From: Amoebidium appalachense
Taxonomy: Eukaryota > Protista > Ichthyosporea
Length of the DNA: 64,000 nucleotides
Direction: 5' to 3'
Assembly: GCA_963693365.1 (NCBI GenBank)
Contig: CAVNZM010000013.1
Coordinates: 4,505,314 to 4,569,313, forward strand
Within the stretch, counting starts at the first letter, position 1; every line of letters begins with the position of its first letter. The notes under the pieces were generated by a model. That model was given only the letters and a program-made list of their open reading frames with translations. It was not told the DNA's origin and searched no databases. This document shows, in pieces, positions 32,001 to 44,151 of the stretch. The position numbers and the translations under genes were made by a program.

Positions 32001-34473
32001 TACTCAGGTGCCGCTCGTGAAGGATCCCCGTGATATGGGCCCAATAGTTGTGGAGCTGCTTTCCCCCTAGCCTGTAAAGTTTGGCTGGGGGTGCTTGCAG
32101 GGGTGGGTAGGGTAGGCCTGTCGCGTGTTGCTGCTGCCAGGCTCGGTACCGGACCACGTCCCCTGCTGGTCCTGGTGTTTCCAGCAGGGCACACAGCTCC
32201 GTAACCATGGTGCTGGCTGCTGATTCGACGATGCTGGCCAGTCCCCCTAGAGTGGGATGGTGTAGCAGCCCGGACGGGGTGCTCCGGTGGAAACCACACT
32301 TCCGACGGAGTAGGTCTCTCCACTTGCTGTCGATTGCCTGCATGGTGGTGTTGCTGATGACTGACCCTTTGAGGAGGAAGAGGATGGCCGGGGCCACCAC
32401 ACTGTTGGCTACGTAGATCACTTGGCTGGGTGCCAGCATTTTACGGGCTAGTATGGTGGTGGCCCGTAATGTCAGCTGCATGGCCTTCCCATCGTTGGGC
32501 CGGGTGTGTCGTTGGAGGGTGATGTTGACCCCTAGCACTCTGATGTTTGCATCGGGGAGCTCGATCTGAATGGGTAGGGGTGGTGCTCCCGGGGATTTGC
32601 GGTACTGCATGGGGGCCACTGTTGCCCGTGTTGGGGTACCACGGGCGAGGACTGAAAACTTGTCTGGGTGTGGTTCCAAGTCATGGTAATAAAAAAAGGG
32701 GGCAGATAAATCGAGAGTTTGCTGGATGCTCTCCTTGTTGGGGCCAAACCATGTTGTGTCGTCGGCGAAAGCTACAGACGTCACACACGGGGGTGTTTGT
32801 GCCGGTGTGTGGTGCTGTGTCTGTGGGGGTAGGTGGAAAGTGTACCCCTTGCCGTGCCTTTTGATGGCTGTTAAAACTGGATCGTAGAAAATAATCCACA
32901 GAATGGGGGAGAGGACAGCCCCTTGGGCCAGGCCGTTTTCAACAGGGAAAGACTCAGTGTGCCCCTGGTCTGTGCACACCGTGGCCGTACGACTGTGCCA
33001 CATGTGCCGGAGGAGGGTGATTAGCTGGGGGTCTGTGCCCAGGCGGGTGAGCCCCAGTTCCACCGAGGGCCAAGACACCGTGTCATATGCCCTCTTAATG
33101 TCCTGTTGGACGATCCATAGTTCCTGGTCGTGGTCTATGGCATCCTCTATCGTCTCTCGGATGATAGCCAGCGCCCCGTCGATACCCGGGCCCGGCACGA
33201 ACCCAAAATTCCCCCCCGGGAGGAGGGTGGGGTACTGCCGGAAGATCGAGAGTAGGCGCTGGTTGATGACCGATTCTAGCAGCTTCCGTGCCGTTTCCAA
33301 GAGTGCTATCGGTCGGGTTTTGTCGAAGTCACCTTCCCATTCCCCTTTCGGTAGGGGATGGATGGTGTGGTGCAGCCATGACCTCGGTGTGGTCCCCGTG
33401 GCCAGACATCCGTTGATGATATGTAGGAGCCATGCTAGCCCCTTTGGCCCCAGGTGTTGGAAGTATTCGTACTGGATTTCCGTTGGGCCGGGGGCCTTCC
33501 CCCCCTGTCGGCTTTGGACGATCTGTTGGAGCTCGTCGTGGGTGGCCGGGTGCATTATAGACCCTAATGGGGAGTCTTCGGGGGGGATCGGTCGATAGAT
33601 GTCGGCCCACATTGGGTCGGCGAGCATCTCCTCGATGTGTGGGTTCCTGCGGGCCGTCCACCGGTGATAAGTTTCACGAATGACGGGCTCCGTGTCAGCC
33701 CACTCCGTGAGGTACTCAGTGCCCGTTGGGGTGACGTGCTTGACTAACGTAGCCGAGACGTTCACACTCCCCCGGTCTAAAATGCTGCTTAGTGCTCGCC
33801 GGAGTTCGTCCACCATACGCTTGCACCGTGCTTCTGCTGCTGCTGTTGCCCGTAACCAAAGGAGTTTTTGCCGTTTCCTTCGGAGTTGGGACCTGTATAG
33901 TTGTAGTTGCTCCCGCATGGTTGCCTCCCACTCCTCCCACTGCCTCCCTGTCTGAGACAGGTGGGCTGCTGGGGGGGTGGGGTGCTGCTGCAGGGTGGGT
34001 GACCCGTGCCGCGCCTGCTGGCCAGGGTTGCACTCTGCTGCTGTGGGCCGTTGCGGCTGCGTGGGTGTGGTCTGTAGCTGTTGGTTGCCCGTGGGTGGCC
34101 CTGGCAGGGTCTGCAGGCGGGGTGGCCCCTGCTTTGGCTGCCGGTGTGGGCTGCCTGCTTGGGCTTCAGCCTGCGGCTGCTGCTGCTGGCTTGGTTGCTC
34201 CTGTTGGTGCTGTCGGCTGGGTGGCCCGTGCTGGGCCTGCCGGCCGGGGCTGCAATCTGCTGCTGCATGCAGCTGCTGCAGTGTGGGTGTGATTTGTTGC
34301 TGCTGGCCGGGTAGCCCATGCAGGGCCTGCAGGCTGGGCGGCCCCTGCTGTGGCTGCCGGTGTGGGCTGCCTGCTAGGGCTGCAGCCTGAGGCTGCTGCT
34401 GCTGGCTTGGTGGCTCCTGTTGGTACTGTCGGCTGGGGGGGCCGTGCTGGGCCGGCCGGCCGGGGCTGCACAC
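31651..34473 (-). CDS. LINE ORF2 fragment: reverse transcriptase domain
   Basis: KAPGP, KTRPIALLETARKL, NFGF, DIKRAYDTV, GLAQGAVLSPILW, FADD and IRVLGV motifs of non-LTR RT. Same frame as the upstream repeat ORF; the frame shifts in G-runs near 31950-31995. Confidence 0.92.
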   Translation of the reverse strand: MCSPGRPAQHGPPSRQYQQEPPSQQQQPQAAALAGSPHRQPQQGPPSLQALHGLPGQQQQITPTLQQLHAAADCSPGRQAQHGPPSRQHQQEQPSQQQQPQAEAQAGSPHRQPKQGPPRLQTLPGPPTGNQQLQTTPTQPQRPTAAECNPGQQARHGSPTLQQHPTPPAAHLSQTGRQWEEWEATMREQLQLYRSQLRRKRQKLLWLRATAAAEARCKRMVDELRRALSSILDRGSVNVSATLVKHVTPTGTEYLTEWADTEPVIRETYHRWTARRNPHIEEMLADPMWADIYRPIPPEDSPLGSIMHPATHDELQQIVQSRQGGKAPGPTEIQYEYFQHLGPKGLAWLLHIINGCLATGTTPRSWLHHTIHPLPKGEWEGDFDKTRPIALLETARKLLESVINQRLLSIFRQYPTLLPGGNFGFVPGPGIDGALAIIRETIEDAIDHDQELWIVQQDIKRAYDTVSWPSVELGLTRLGTDPQLITLLRHMWHSRTATVCTDQGHTESFPVENGLAQGAVLSPILWIIFYDPVLTAIKRHGKGYTFHLPPQTQHHTPAQTPPCVTSVAFADDTTWFGPNKESIQQTLDLSAPFFYYHDLEPHPDKFSVLARGTPTRATVAPMQYRKSPGAPPLPIQIELPDANIRVLGVNITLQRHTRPNDGKAMQLTLRATTILARKMLAPSQVIYVANSVVAPAILFLLKGSVISNTTMQAIDSKWRDLLRRKCGFHRSTPSGLLHHPTLGGLASIVESAASTMVTELCALLETPGPAGDVVRYRAWQQQHATGLPYPPLQAPPAKLYRLGGKQLHNYWAHITGILHERHLSIGETPPPKNTSTPTPPPLPPRRRRGSSNNNQHPYQHRFPGPHLCGPHRPPHTPPSTLHGGGHHGTAGGVPGVPRTAPPPRPTTPGSYTVVQVHHQGGHPHRRQTTASTQTTHPPHH

Positions 34474-37400
34474 TGCTGCTGCAGGCAGCTGCTGCAGTGT
34501 GGGTGGGGTCGGTTGCTGCTGGCTGGGTGGCCCCTGCTGTGGCTGCCGGTGTGGGCTGCCTGCTGGGGCTGCAGCCTGAGGCTGCTGCTGCTGGCTTGGA
34601 GGCTCCTGTTCGTGCTGTCGGCTGGGTGGCCCGTGCTGGGCCGGCCGGCCGGGGCTGCGATCATGCGGCAGCTGGTGCAGTGGGGGTGTGGTCGGTTGCT
34701 GCTGGCTGGGTGGCCTTGGCGGGGCCTGCAGGCTGGGTGGCCCCTGCTGTGACTGCCGGTGTGGGCTGCCTGCTGGGGCTGCAGCCCCTGGCTGCTGCTG
34801 CTCGCTTGGTGGCTCCTGTTTGTGCCGTCGGCTGGGTGGCCCGCGCTGGGCCGGCCGGCCGGGGCTGCAATCTGCTGCTGCAGGCAGCCACTGCAGTGTG
34901 GGTGTGGTCGTTTGCTGCTGGCTGGGTGACCCTGGCAGGGCCTGCAGGCTGGGTGGCCCTTACTGTGGCTGCCGTTGTGGGCTGCTTGTTGGGACTACAG
35001 CCTGAATCTGCTGCTGCCAGCTGGGTGCCTCCTGCTGGTGCTGTCGGCTGGGTGACCCGTGCTGGGCCTGCCGGCCGGGGTTACCCTCCGCTTCTGCAGG
35101 CAGCTGCTGCAGTGTGGGTGTGGTCGGTTGCTGCTGGCTGGGTTGTTCTGGCAGGGCCTGCAGGCTGGGTGGCCCCTGCTGTGGCTGCAGGTGTGGGCTG
35201 CCTGCTGGGTCTGCAGCCTGAGGCTGCTGTTGCTGGCGGGGTGGCTCCTGTTGGTGCTGTCGGCTGGGTGGCCCGTGCTGGGCCGGCCGGCCGGGGCTGC
35301 ACGCCGCCGCTGCAGGCAGCTGCTGCAGTGTAGGTGTGGTCGGTTGTTGCTGGCTGGGTGGCCCTGGCAGGGCCTGCAGGCTGGGTGGCCCCTGCTGTGG
35401 CTGCCGGTGAGGGCTGCCTGCTGGGGCTACAGCCTGCGGCGGCTGCTGCTGGCTTGGTGGCTCCTGTTGGTACTGTCGGCTGGGTGGCCCGTGCTGGGCC
35501 GGCCGGCCGGGGCTGCAATCTACTACTGTAGGCCGCCGCTGCATTGTGGGTGTGGTCGGTTGCTGCTGGCTGGGTGACCCTGGCAGGGCCTGCAGGCTGG
35601 GTGGCCCCTGCTGTGGCTGCCGGTGTGGGCTGCCTGCTGGGGCTACAGCCTGAGGCTGCTGCTGCTGGCTGGGTGGCTCCTGTTGGTTGGGTGGCCCGTG
35701 CTGGGCCTGCCGGCCGGGGCTGCACGCTGCTGCTGCAGGCGGCTGCTGCAGTGTGGGTGTGGTCGGTTGTTGCTGGCTGGGTGGCCCTGGCAGGGCCTGC
35801 AGGCTGGGTGGCCCCTGCTGAGGCTGCCGGTGTGGGCTCCCTGCTGGGGCTGCCGCCTGAGGCTGCTGCTGCTGGTTTGGCGGCTCCTGTCGGTGCTGTC
35901 GGCTGGATGGCCCGTCCTGGGCCTGCCGGCTGGGGTTGCAGTCTGCTACCTGCTGCTGCTGCCGTGTGGGTGTGGTCGGTTGCTGCTGGCTGGGTTGTTC
36001 TGGCAGGGCCTGCAGGCTGGGTGGCCCCTGCTGTGGCTGCAGGTGTGGGCTGCCTGCTGGGTCTGCAGCCTGAGGCTGCTGTTGCTGGCGGGGTGGCTCC
36101 TGTTGGTGCTGTCGGCTGGGTGGCCCGTGCTGGGCCGGCCAGCCGGGGCTGCACGCCGCCGCTGCAGGCAGCTGCTGCAGTGTAGGTGTAGTCGGTTGGT
36201 GCTGGCTGGGTGGCCCTGGCAGGGCCTGCAGGCTGGGTGGCCCCTGCTGTGGCTGCCGGTGAGGGCTGCCTGCTGGGGCTACAGCCTGCGGCGGCTGCTG
36301 CTGGCTTGGTGGCTCCTGTTTGTACTGTCGGCTGGGTGGCCCGTGCTGGGCCGGCCGGCCGGGGCTGCAATCTGCTGCTGCAGGCAGCTGCTGCAGTGTA
36401 GATGTGATCGGTTGCTGCTGGCTGGGTGGCCCATGCAGGGCCTTCAGGCTGGGTGGCCCCTGTTGTGGGCTGCTGGCGGGGGCTGCAGCCTGAGGCTGCT
36501 GTTGCTGGCTTGGTGGCTCCTGTTGGTGCTGGCGACTGGGTGGCCCATGCTGGTCCTGCCGGCCGGGGCTGTCTGCTGGGGCAGCGGCAGGCCGATGCAG
36601 CAAAGTGGGTGTGGGTTGGTGCTGCTGGGTGGGGCTGCAATCTGCTGCTGCAGGCAGTTGCTGCCGGGTGGGTGTGGTTTGTTGCTGCTGGCCGGGTGGC
36701 CCATGCAGGCCCTGCAGGCTGGGTGGCCCCTGCGGTGGCTGCCGGTGTGGGCTGCCTGCTAGGGCTGCAACCTGAGGCTCCTGCTGCTGGCGTGGTGGCT
36801 CCTGTTGGTACTGTCGGCTGGGTGGGCCGTGCTGGGCCGGCCGGCCGGGGCTGCAAACTGCTGCTGCAGGCAGCTGCTGCAGTGTGGGTGGGGTCGGTTG
36901 CTGCTGGTTGGGTGGCTCTGGCAGGGCCTGCAGGCTGGGTGGCCCCTGCTGTGGCTGCCGGTGTGGGCTGCCGGCAGGGTCTGCAGCCTGCGGCTGCTGC
37001 TGCTGGCTTGGTGGCTCCTGTTCGTGCTGTCGGCTGGGTGGCCCGTGCTGGGCCGTCCGGCCGGGGCTACAATCTGCTGCCGCAGGCAGCTGGTGCAGTG
37101 TGGGTGTGGTCGGTTGCTGCTGGCTGGGTGGCCCAGGCGGGGCCTGCAGGGTGGGTGGCCCCTGCTGTGACTGCCGGTGTGGGCTGCCTGCTGGGGCTGC
37201 AGCCTTTGGCTGCTGCTGCTGGCTTGGTGGCTCCTGTTTGTGCTGTCGGCTGGGTGGCTCGTGTTGGGCCGGCCGGCCGGAGCTGCAATCTGCTACTGTA
37301 GGCCGCCGCTGCATTGTGGGTGTGGTCGGTTGCTGCTGGCTGGGTGACCCTGGCAGGGCCTGCAGGCTGGGTGGCCCCTGCTGTGGCTGCCGGTGTGGGC

Positions 37401-37990
37401 TGCCTGCTGGGGCTTCAGCCTGAGGCTGCTGCTGCTGGCTGGGTGGCTCCTGTTGGTTGGGTGGCCCGTGCTGGGCCTGCCGGCCGGGGCTGCACGCTGC
37501 TGCTGCAGGCGGCTGCTGCAGTGTGGGTGTGGTCGGTTGTTGCTGGCTGGGTGGCCCTGGCAGGGCCTGCAGGCTGGGTGGCCCCTGCTGTGGCTGCCGG
37601 TGTGGGCTGCCTGCTGGGGCTGCAGCCTGCGGCTGCTGCTGCTGGCTTGGTGGCTCCTGTTGGTGCTGTCGGCTGGGTGGCCCGTGCTGGGCCGGCCGGC
37701 CGGGGCTGCAATCTGCTGCTGCAGGCAGCTGCTGCAGTGTAGGTGTGATCGGTTGCTGCTGTCTAGGTGGCCCATGCAGGGCCTGCAGGCTGGGTGGCCC
37801 CTGCTGTGGCTGCCGTTGTGGGCTGCCGGCAGGGGCTTCAGCCTGAGGCTGCTGCTGCTGGCTTGGTGGCTCCTGTTGGTGCTGTCGACTGGGTGGCCCA
37901 TGCTGGGCCTGCCTGTTGGGGCTGCCTGCTGGGCCAGCGGCAGGCTGGTGCAGCAAAGTGGGTGTGGGTTGGTGCTGCTGGGTGGATCCG
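33960..37990 (-). repeat. ~216-bp (72-codon) Gln/Pro-rich coding tandem array inside LINE ORF2, roughly 18 units
   Basis: Unit CSPGRPAQHGPPSRQHQQEPPSQQQQPQAAAPAGSPHRQPQQGPPSLQALPGPPSQQQPTTPTLQQLPAAAA recurs in ORFs 34960-38250 and 31651-34473 (same frame), with one in-frame TAA at 34960-34962. Confidence 0.9.
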
Positions 37991-38991
37991 GGGTCCCCCT
38001 CCTCCTGATACCACCCCGTCTGGGACGGGTGTGCCTGGGGGGGAGGGGGGGGGGTGTCCTGGGGGGTGGGGGGGATGCCCGGGGGGTTGTTGGGGTCGGC
38101 TGTGTACAGTGGGATGATGGGACTGCTTGTTGGGGGTACCGGTGGGGGGGGGCTCCGGAGGGGGAGGGGGTGCTGGCCAGCCATATTGGACGGCCAGCTC
38201 CTTGGCCCTCTCCCAGAAACCCTGTGGATTTGCCGCCCGGTCCGTTGCATTGAGGAGCCGGTGTAGCTCCGCGTGCTCGTTGTCCTCCGGGAAGACCTTC
38301 GTCGGTTTTGACGTGGACTTCTCTGGTTTGCTCTTGGTCCGGCCCACTGTGGTTTTTGCCACCGAGAGAATGGTGGCGGCCATGTACTCCCATCTCCCTT
38401 CCACCTCCGCCTGGGTAGGGGTGGTGGTTGGGGGGGACGTGAAGGCTGCCTCCGTGCCGGTGGTAAAACGTGCCCAGTCCTCCTGTGTGGTGTTCGGTTT
38501 CAGCTGGAGTCTCGGTGTGGGTTGGTTTCGGGTTGGCCCTGGTCCCTGGCCCGGCAGGTTAGGATGGGGCCCAGTTTCGCACCAGGCCAGGTGGTGGTCG
38601 GTGTGAAGATCCGGTAATTCCGTGACTGGGTGGGGTGTGCATGTGCTTCTGTTTTTGTTTGTGTTTTTGGGAGAAGGACTCGGAGGCACATTGCACAGCC
38701 AAATTTCCCGCGCAACTAAATAGAAATGTTGACAATTTTTCATTCAATACCCAGCCAACCAGTGACCCGACCACCGTTGAACAGCACGTGTATGTAACCA
38801 ATAATAGTGTGAAACACGAGCTCAAATAAATATATAGTATAGACACGAATTGTAAAACGATACTAACCTGGAGACAAGGGTCATTTTTCATTACGTACAA
38901 GCATCAGTGGGCAATAAGCACTAATTGTTGTATCTATCTGTATAACTAACTTTGATCAAGAGCTCATATACTACTACAATATTTTCCAGTT

Positions 38992-39315
38992 TTAAAGGGG
39001 CAGTGCTGACTCCGAATCTGTACGTCTGCTTCTTAAGGCATAGAAAGCGGCGCCGCCGACCAGGGCCACGCCGGCCACGGACCCAACGGCAATTCCGGCT
39101 ACAGCGCTGCCACCCAGGGCACTGCTGGCTGGCAGCTCCTTGGCGCTGGCACTGGCCGCGGGGGGGAGGGCGGCAGCAGGCGCAGCCGTGGCGATGGCTG
39201 GCGACTGGGGGATGGCCGTCTGCGCGGGCACAAGCGCCTCCTCAACCTCAACGGACGCAGCAGCCGCACAGGACACAGAGAGCGCGGCAAGAACGGCAAT
39301 GGACTGGAGGGCCAT
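38992..39315 (-). CDS. Small type I membrane protein (signal peptide, Ala/Pro-rich stalk, GxxxG TM, short basic tail), copy 1, 107 aa
   Basis: Intact ORF MALQSIAVLAALSVSCAAA...GSAVAGIAVGSVAGVALVGGAAFYALRSRR...; conserved across four paralogs. Confidence 0.8.
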   Translation of the reverse strand: MALQSIAVLAALSVSCAAAASVEVEEALVPAQTAIPQSPAIATAAPAAALPPAASASAKELPASSALGGSAVAGIAVGSVAGVALVGGAAFYALRSRRTDSESALPL

Positions 39316-39890
39316 TTTGGTGGTATGAATTGACGATGAAGCTTACTTAGAGACTTACTTTTTGCTTTGGGTCAGACGACTGATGCAACGTTGGGTCTGA
39401 CTGTCTGAGTCAACTACAGTCACGCCGGATATAATGGGTGTAAAGGTGGCTTTGAAGAAGGAATAAAATGTCAGCTGCGCATGCCTTTGAAAGTTGTTGA
39501 TTTATATGGCGCCCAGCAGATGTTAATATAAATTCGCCACAGAGCTCTTGTCGTTGTTATTGTTGTGTAAATGTGTCTGTTCAAGTGGCCCTTATATATA
39601 CCGCCTCATCTAAATGGATCTAGCATACAAATCTTTCTCCAGATCTGGCCTAGAATGCGGGGTTTAAAAATAACACATCGATAAATAGATAGTCATGAAA
39701 ACTCTAGCAACAGAAGTGTAACATTCAAAAAGGTCAATATATTTGAGTTGTTTCTCGGTTTTGCCGTATGCTGTACACTACTAGTAACAGTACCTACACT
39801 GCGATTCTGAGGTCGAATGCCTGTAACAATGAATCGCCTCCTATTGGCTTCTGCTCCAACCAATCGCTGGCCTTCCAGATCTTCCAGATC

Positions 39891-39926
<36 letters not shown>

Positions 39927-40444
39927 GTTGCCGCAGGCGTCCCGCAGCGTAGTAGTAGGGCCCGGCCACTTAGCGTAAGCCAGCGGGTACAAAGCCTTGG
40001 ATACTATCCAATTGGTTATTTTGAGATTGAATCTATTAGTTTATCCACTGAGCACAGCACAATACGGCGGTTAGATCTAAAGATTATCAGCGCTGTTAGT
40101 CACTTTGAGTGCTGTCTCCCCATAGTAGTGCTCAGCCACTTACGTAAGCCAGTGGGTACATAGCCTTGGAGACTACAGCGCTGTAGCCAGCTTTGTGGCT
40201 TTATGTGCCGTATAAAAGCAACCCCACACAAAAGTCAAACTGACTCAGCCAAACATCAGAAAACGACCAGCATAATCACATTTTCTAAAGTGATAACTTG
40301 AAAAGGAATACCGTGTTCAGTTTCAGCAATATCGCCAGTTCAAACATCACATAAATACACATACACTGCACCACGCGTGGTTCATACAGAACATAAACAC
40401 GCACAACACATACACACATAAAAATAAACATACACTGGTGCAAA

Positions 40445-40724
40445 ATGGCCGTCCAGTTCATTGCCCTTGTTGCTACCCTCTGTGTCCTATACGGCTGCTG
40501 CGCCCGTTGCGGTCGAGGAGGCGCTTATGCCCGCGCAGACGGCCATCCACCAGCTGCCAGCCATCGCCACGGCTGCGGCTGCTGCCGCCCTCCCCCCCGC
40601 GGCCAGTGCCAGCGCCAAGGAGCTGCCAGCCAGCAGTGCGCTGGGTGGCGGCGCTGTGGCCGGAATCGTCGTTGGGTCCGTGGCCGGCGTGGCCCTGGTC
40701 GGAATTGCTGTGACTGACGTGTGA
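40445..40724 (+). pseudogene. Copy 2 of the small membrane protein, frameshifted and 3'-truncated
   Basis: 2-nt deletion in CTCTCT (~40478) relative to copy 1. Homology stops at ~40702, inside the TM segment. Confidence 0.7.
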
Positions 40725-41597
40725 CGGAAGAATTCTTCCATCAGGTTGTGAATTGGTTTTAACAAATTGCTAAGTTGAGGGCATCTTGAATTCGAGAGGA
40801 GAAGAGGCACGGGCCGAAATTCCAAATACCACTTGAAAACCGGACCCCCCCCCCCCCCCCTCAGTGTCCCCCCTCCCTTCCCCTGGCACCCTGATCCCCG
40901 GTGTAGGAAAACTGAAGAAGGCCCCCTATCTTTATGTAAACAAAACAGCCCGGGCCTGAATCTCTGCAATTTCTGTTTTGACAGGCTCAGCCCAGAAGTA
41001 GGTATATATGTAACAATATAGGTCTCCTCCCAGGGGCCCGGTACCCACAAAAAGGCAGCGGTGCTGAAGAACACCCCAAAGTAAGGGTCAAAATCAAGTG
41101 AAGGGTTAAAAAAAATCAGGAGTTTCCAAATAAAGGGCATAGCTGGGAAGAGGAGGGAATGTGTTAATGGTTCTTTCTGTTGTTGTTGCACGGGGTGGTG
41201 GTGGGGAGGGAGGGGGGGGGGGGGGGGGGGGGAGGGGGGGAGAGGGGGGGGGGGGGGGGGAGAGGGGGGGAGGGGGGGGGGGGGGAGGGGGAGAGTTGCC
41301 CAAGATCATGCAGGGAATCTGCTTGGTGATCGTGAGGCCGGCTTCAAGCTGGAGATCTCAGAACCTGGGGCTGATCATGGATATAGATTGGAAATGATCG
41401 TAACACCTGATGAGGTTATTTATTGGCTCCCCCCCCCTCCCCCCCCCTCGCCCCCCCCCCCCCCCTCGCCCCCCTCCCCCCCCCCCCCCCCCCCCCCGGG
41501 GACCCCATCTCCCGCCCCCTCCACCAACCATACATCCAACAGTGTAGGTAGGCTTATCAGAGCCAGATAGCTATATATAGATAGGTGGTCATCACAA

Positions 41598-41943
41598 AGG
41601 GCCCCGGCCACATCAGCTCATCAGCTGAGTCAACTTGCTCCGAGCAGAATTATTTTGCAAAAAGCAGAATCACTCTGCTGAAAGCCGAATCACTCTGCTA
41701 AAAGCAGAATCAATCTGCTAAAAGCAGAATTATTCTGCTGTCAAAAGCAGAATTATTCTGCAAAAAGCGGAATATTTCTGCTAAAAGAAGAGTGATTCTG
41801 CTAAAGAGTGATTCTGCTTTTGCAGAATAACTCTGCTAAAAGCAGAGTGAATCTGTTCTTTTCCCACTTTTCACAGAATAATTCCGGTTTTGCAGAATAA
41901 TTCTGCTTTTTGCAAGTTGACTCTGCCGATGTGGTTTGGCCCT
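41598..41943. mobile_element. Foldback-like MITE with internal ~20-bp palindromic tandem units
   Basis: Termini AGGGCC...GGCCCT, inverted GAGTCAACTTGC/GCAAGTTGACTC, 6-bp flanking direct repeat TCACAA (41592-41597, 41944-41949). Internal units resemble AAAGCAGAATNATTCTGCT. Confidence 0.75.
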
Positions 41944-42368
41944 TCACAATTGGACATCACCTAGGTACTGTAGCTTACCAAGGGCCTCCATGTGTAACTT
42001 AACTGCTATTTGATAGAAAACCGGCACCAAAACCAAAGCACCCGGATAGTATACATATTTTGCACGGGCACGAAGCAGAACATTGATTCTTTTCTGGGTA
42101 CATTAATATTTCCTTTATGATCCCATAATCATACCCAGCAAGCTGTTCGCGTTACACACCATGATTCGGTTCTCAGCTGATTTGGGTGGCCAGTCCCATA
42201 TCCTGTTGATGAGCTTCATTGCTCATAGGTCCGCGTTTAGGTAACTTCAATTTTGGCCACCCCAAAAAAAATATTTACCCCAAACAATGGCTTGAATATA
42301 ATGTACGCGCACACAAACACATGCACATACTGTGCACACATGCCCACACACACACACACACATGTTGT

Positions 42369-42399
<31 letters not shown>

Positions 42400-42541
42400 T
42401 GTACACACACGCTCACACAAGCACACGCACACACACAACACACACGCACACGGACACACACGCACACACACACATGTACACACACACACGCACGCATGCA
42501 CACGCACACCCACACACACAACACACACACAGTCACGCACA

Positions 42542-42624
<83 letters not shown>

Positions 42625-44110
42625 TCCCCCTCCTCATACCCCCTCCCCCCCCCCCCCCCCCCTCCCCCCCCCCCCCCCCCCCCCGGTGCCCCCCGGGGGG
42701 GGCCCCTGCCATAACTGAACATCCCCTGATCATGATCACCGCCGGACCAACACATCTACTGTTACTGGCTATTTGAAACAACCGCAGACCCTTCTTAGGC
42801 CGAAAATGTGCATGAGGGGACGGTCACTTGTCCATGTAAATGTCTCCACTACTGAGCAGCAAACATTTTGCAAAGAAGCCGACTGTTTCAGGCCATAAGC
42901 GGATACTGTGCAAATGTGCGTGTGTGTGCGTGTGCGTGCGTGTGCGTGTGTATATAGATGTGTGGGTGGCCTGTGCGATTTTCCGGTGTTATTGGAGAGA
43001 GGGAGGGGGAGGGGGTGAGGGGGGGGGGGGGGGGGGGAGAGGATTGCTTGCTAAGTTGTCTTATCATGTCCCTGCAACTTGACTGGGGTATCGTTATTTT
43101 TTTCTTCTGCTCCTATTTTTTATTTTTTTATTTTTAAACTTTCATAATTATTGAAACCCAAAACCAATTAATTTTTCTGGGAGGGGCTTCTCTCTGAAAG
43201 GTATCGGTGGAATTACTTACAATGTCACTTTTCCATCCCACAATCAAAATCTGAAAGTCCGTTGCACAACATTGCATCATGCAAATATTTGTTTTCTGGG
43301 CGGCCATCCCTGAATGTGAGCTCTCAAAGCTCAGTTGCATGTCGTATTGTTTTGGACTTTGAGCCACGCTAGTGGCCCCCCACCAACCACCGTAGCTGAA
43401 AGTGTCCAGTAAATGTCAGATGATTTGATATGCACATCAAAAACTCAGTATCATTTTTACTCAATATCATGAGTATTTTTCTATGATTATTCATATCATT
43501 ATAATCTTGCCAATCGGATACAGCAATACTTTAGTCGGTAAACTGGCTTTGATTGGTGAATGCAAAGTTTTGTGCACGAGTTCTTGGTTTCTACACGAAG
43601 CACAGAGCCCCCCCCCCTCCCCCCCCCCCCCCTCCTCCCTCCCCTCCCCTCCCCCCCCTCCTCCCTCCCTCCCCTCCCCCCTCCCCCCCCCCCACCTCCC
43701 TCCCCCCTCCCCCCCCCCAAAGCACAGCACGGAGGCCCCCGAATACTTGGTAAATCATTAGAAGATAGTTGATGGTCTCATATACATAGATCTTAAGAGT
43801 GGGCTGCCGCAGTGTACAGTATGAACAGTGGATTGAAGCTCTCTGGTAAGATTCTGTCATAGAATATACATGGGTCAGTCAAACCAGAATTGTTCACAAC
43901 GTGTGCTCAAGAACAGAAACTCTGTGTGGTGCTGAGAGGCCTAGGGTGAGGTCCTACGTCGTGTATTCTGAAAATGTGGCTGGGAAGCTTTTATTTGATC
44001 GTCCCTGCCTCTAGCCGTCCCCAGAATCTAGATGTGAACACAGACTGTGGTATGTTTGGATCGTTTGACTTTTCTTACTACTTGCTGATTTTGTTTTAGA
44101 AGGTGGAGGG

Positions 44111-44151
<41 letters not shown>

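Larger units (their letters stand above)
28930..38626 (-). mobile_element. 5'-truncated non-LTR retrotransposon (LINE; APE end - Q/P repeats - RT - RNase H - Zn finger)
   Basis: A-rich tail (T-run on + from ~28930). Exact 16-bp TSD TGGGTGGGGTGTGCAT at 28914-28929 and 38627-38642. The element begins just before an APE-terminal-like TDH motif. Confidence 0.93.

Noticed and set aside
34960-34962. TAA at a Gln position suggesting stop-to-Gln reassignment
   Set aside because: Single instance; host genes end in TAA or TAG and have no internal stops.
34081-38253. Plus-strand ORFs over the LINE repeat array
   Set aside because: Antisense shadows of a GC-rich coding repeat.
41290-41425. CTGATGAG preceded by GAAA as another hammerhead
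   Set aside because: No convincing stems I/II or NUH site found.
41640-41915. CRISPR-like short palindromic repeats
   Set aside because: No unique spacers, no cas genes, eukaryotic context, and the array is bounded by TIRs and a TSD.
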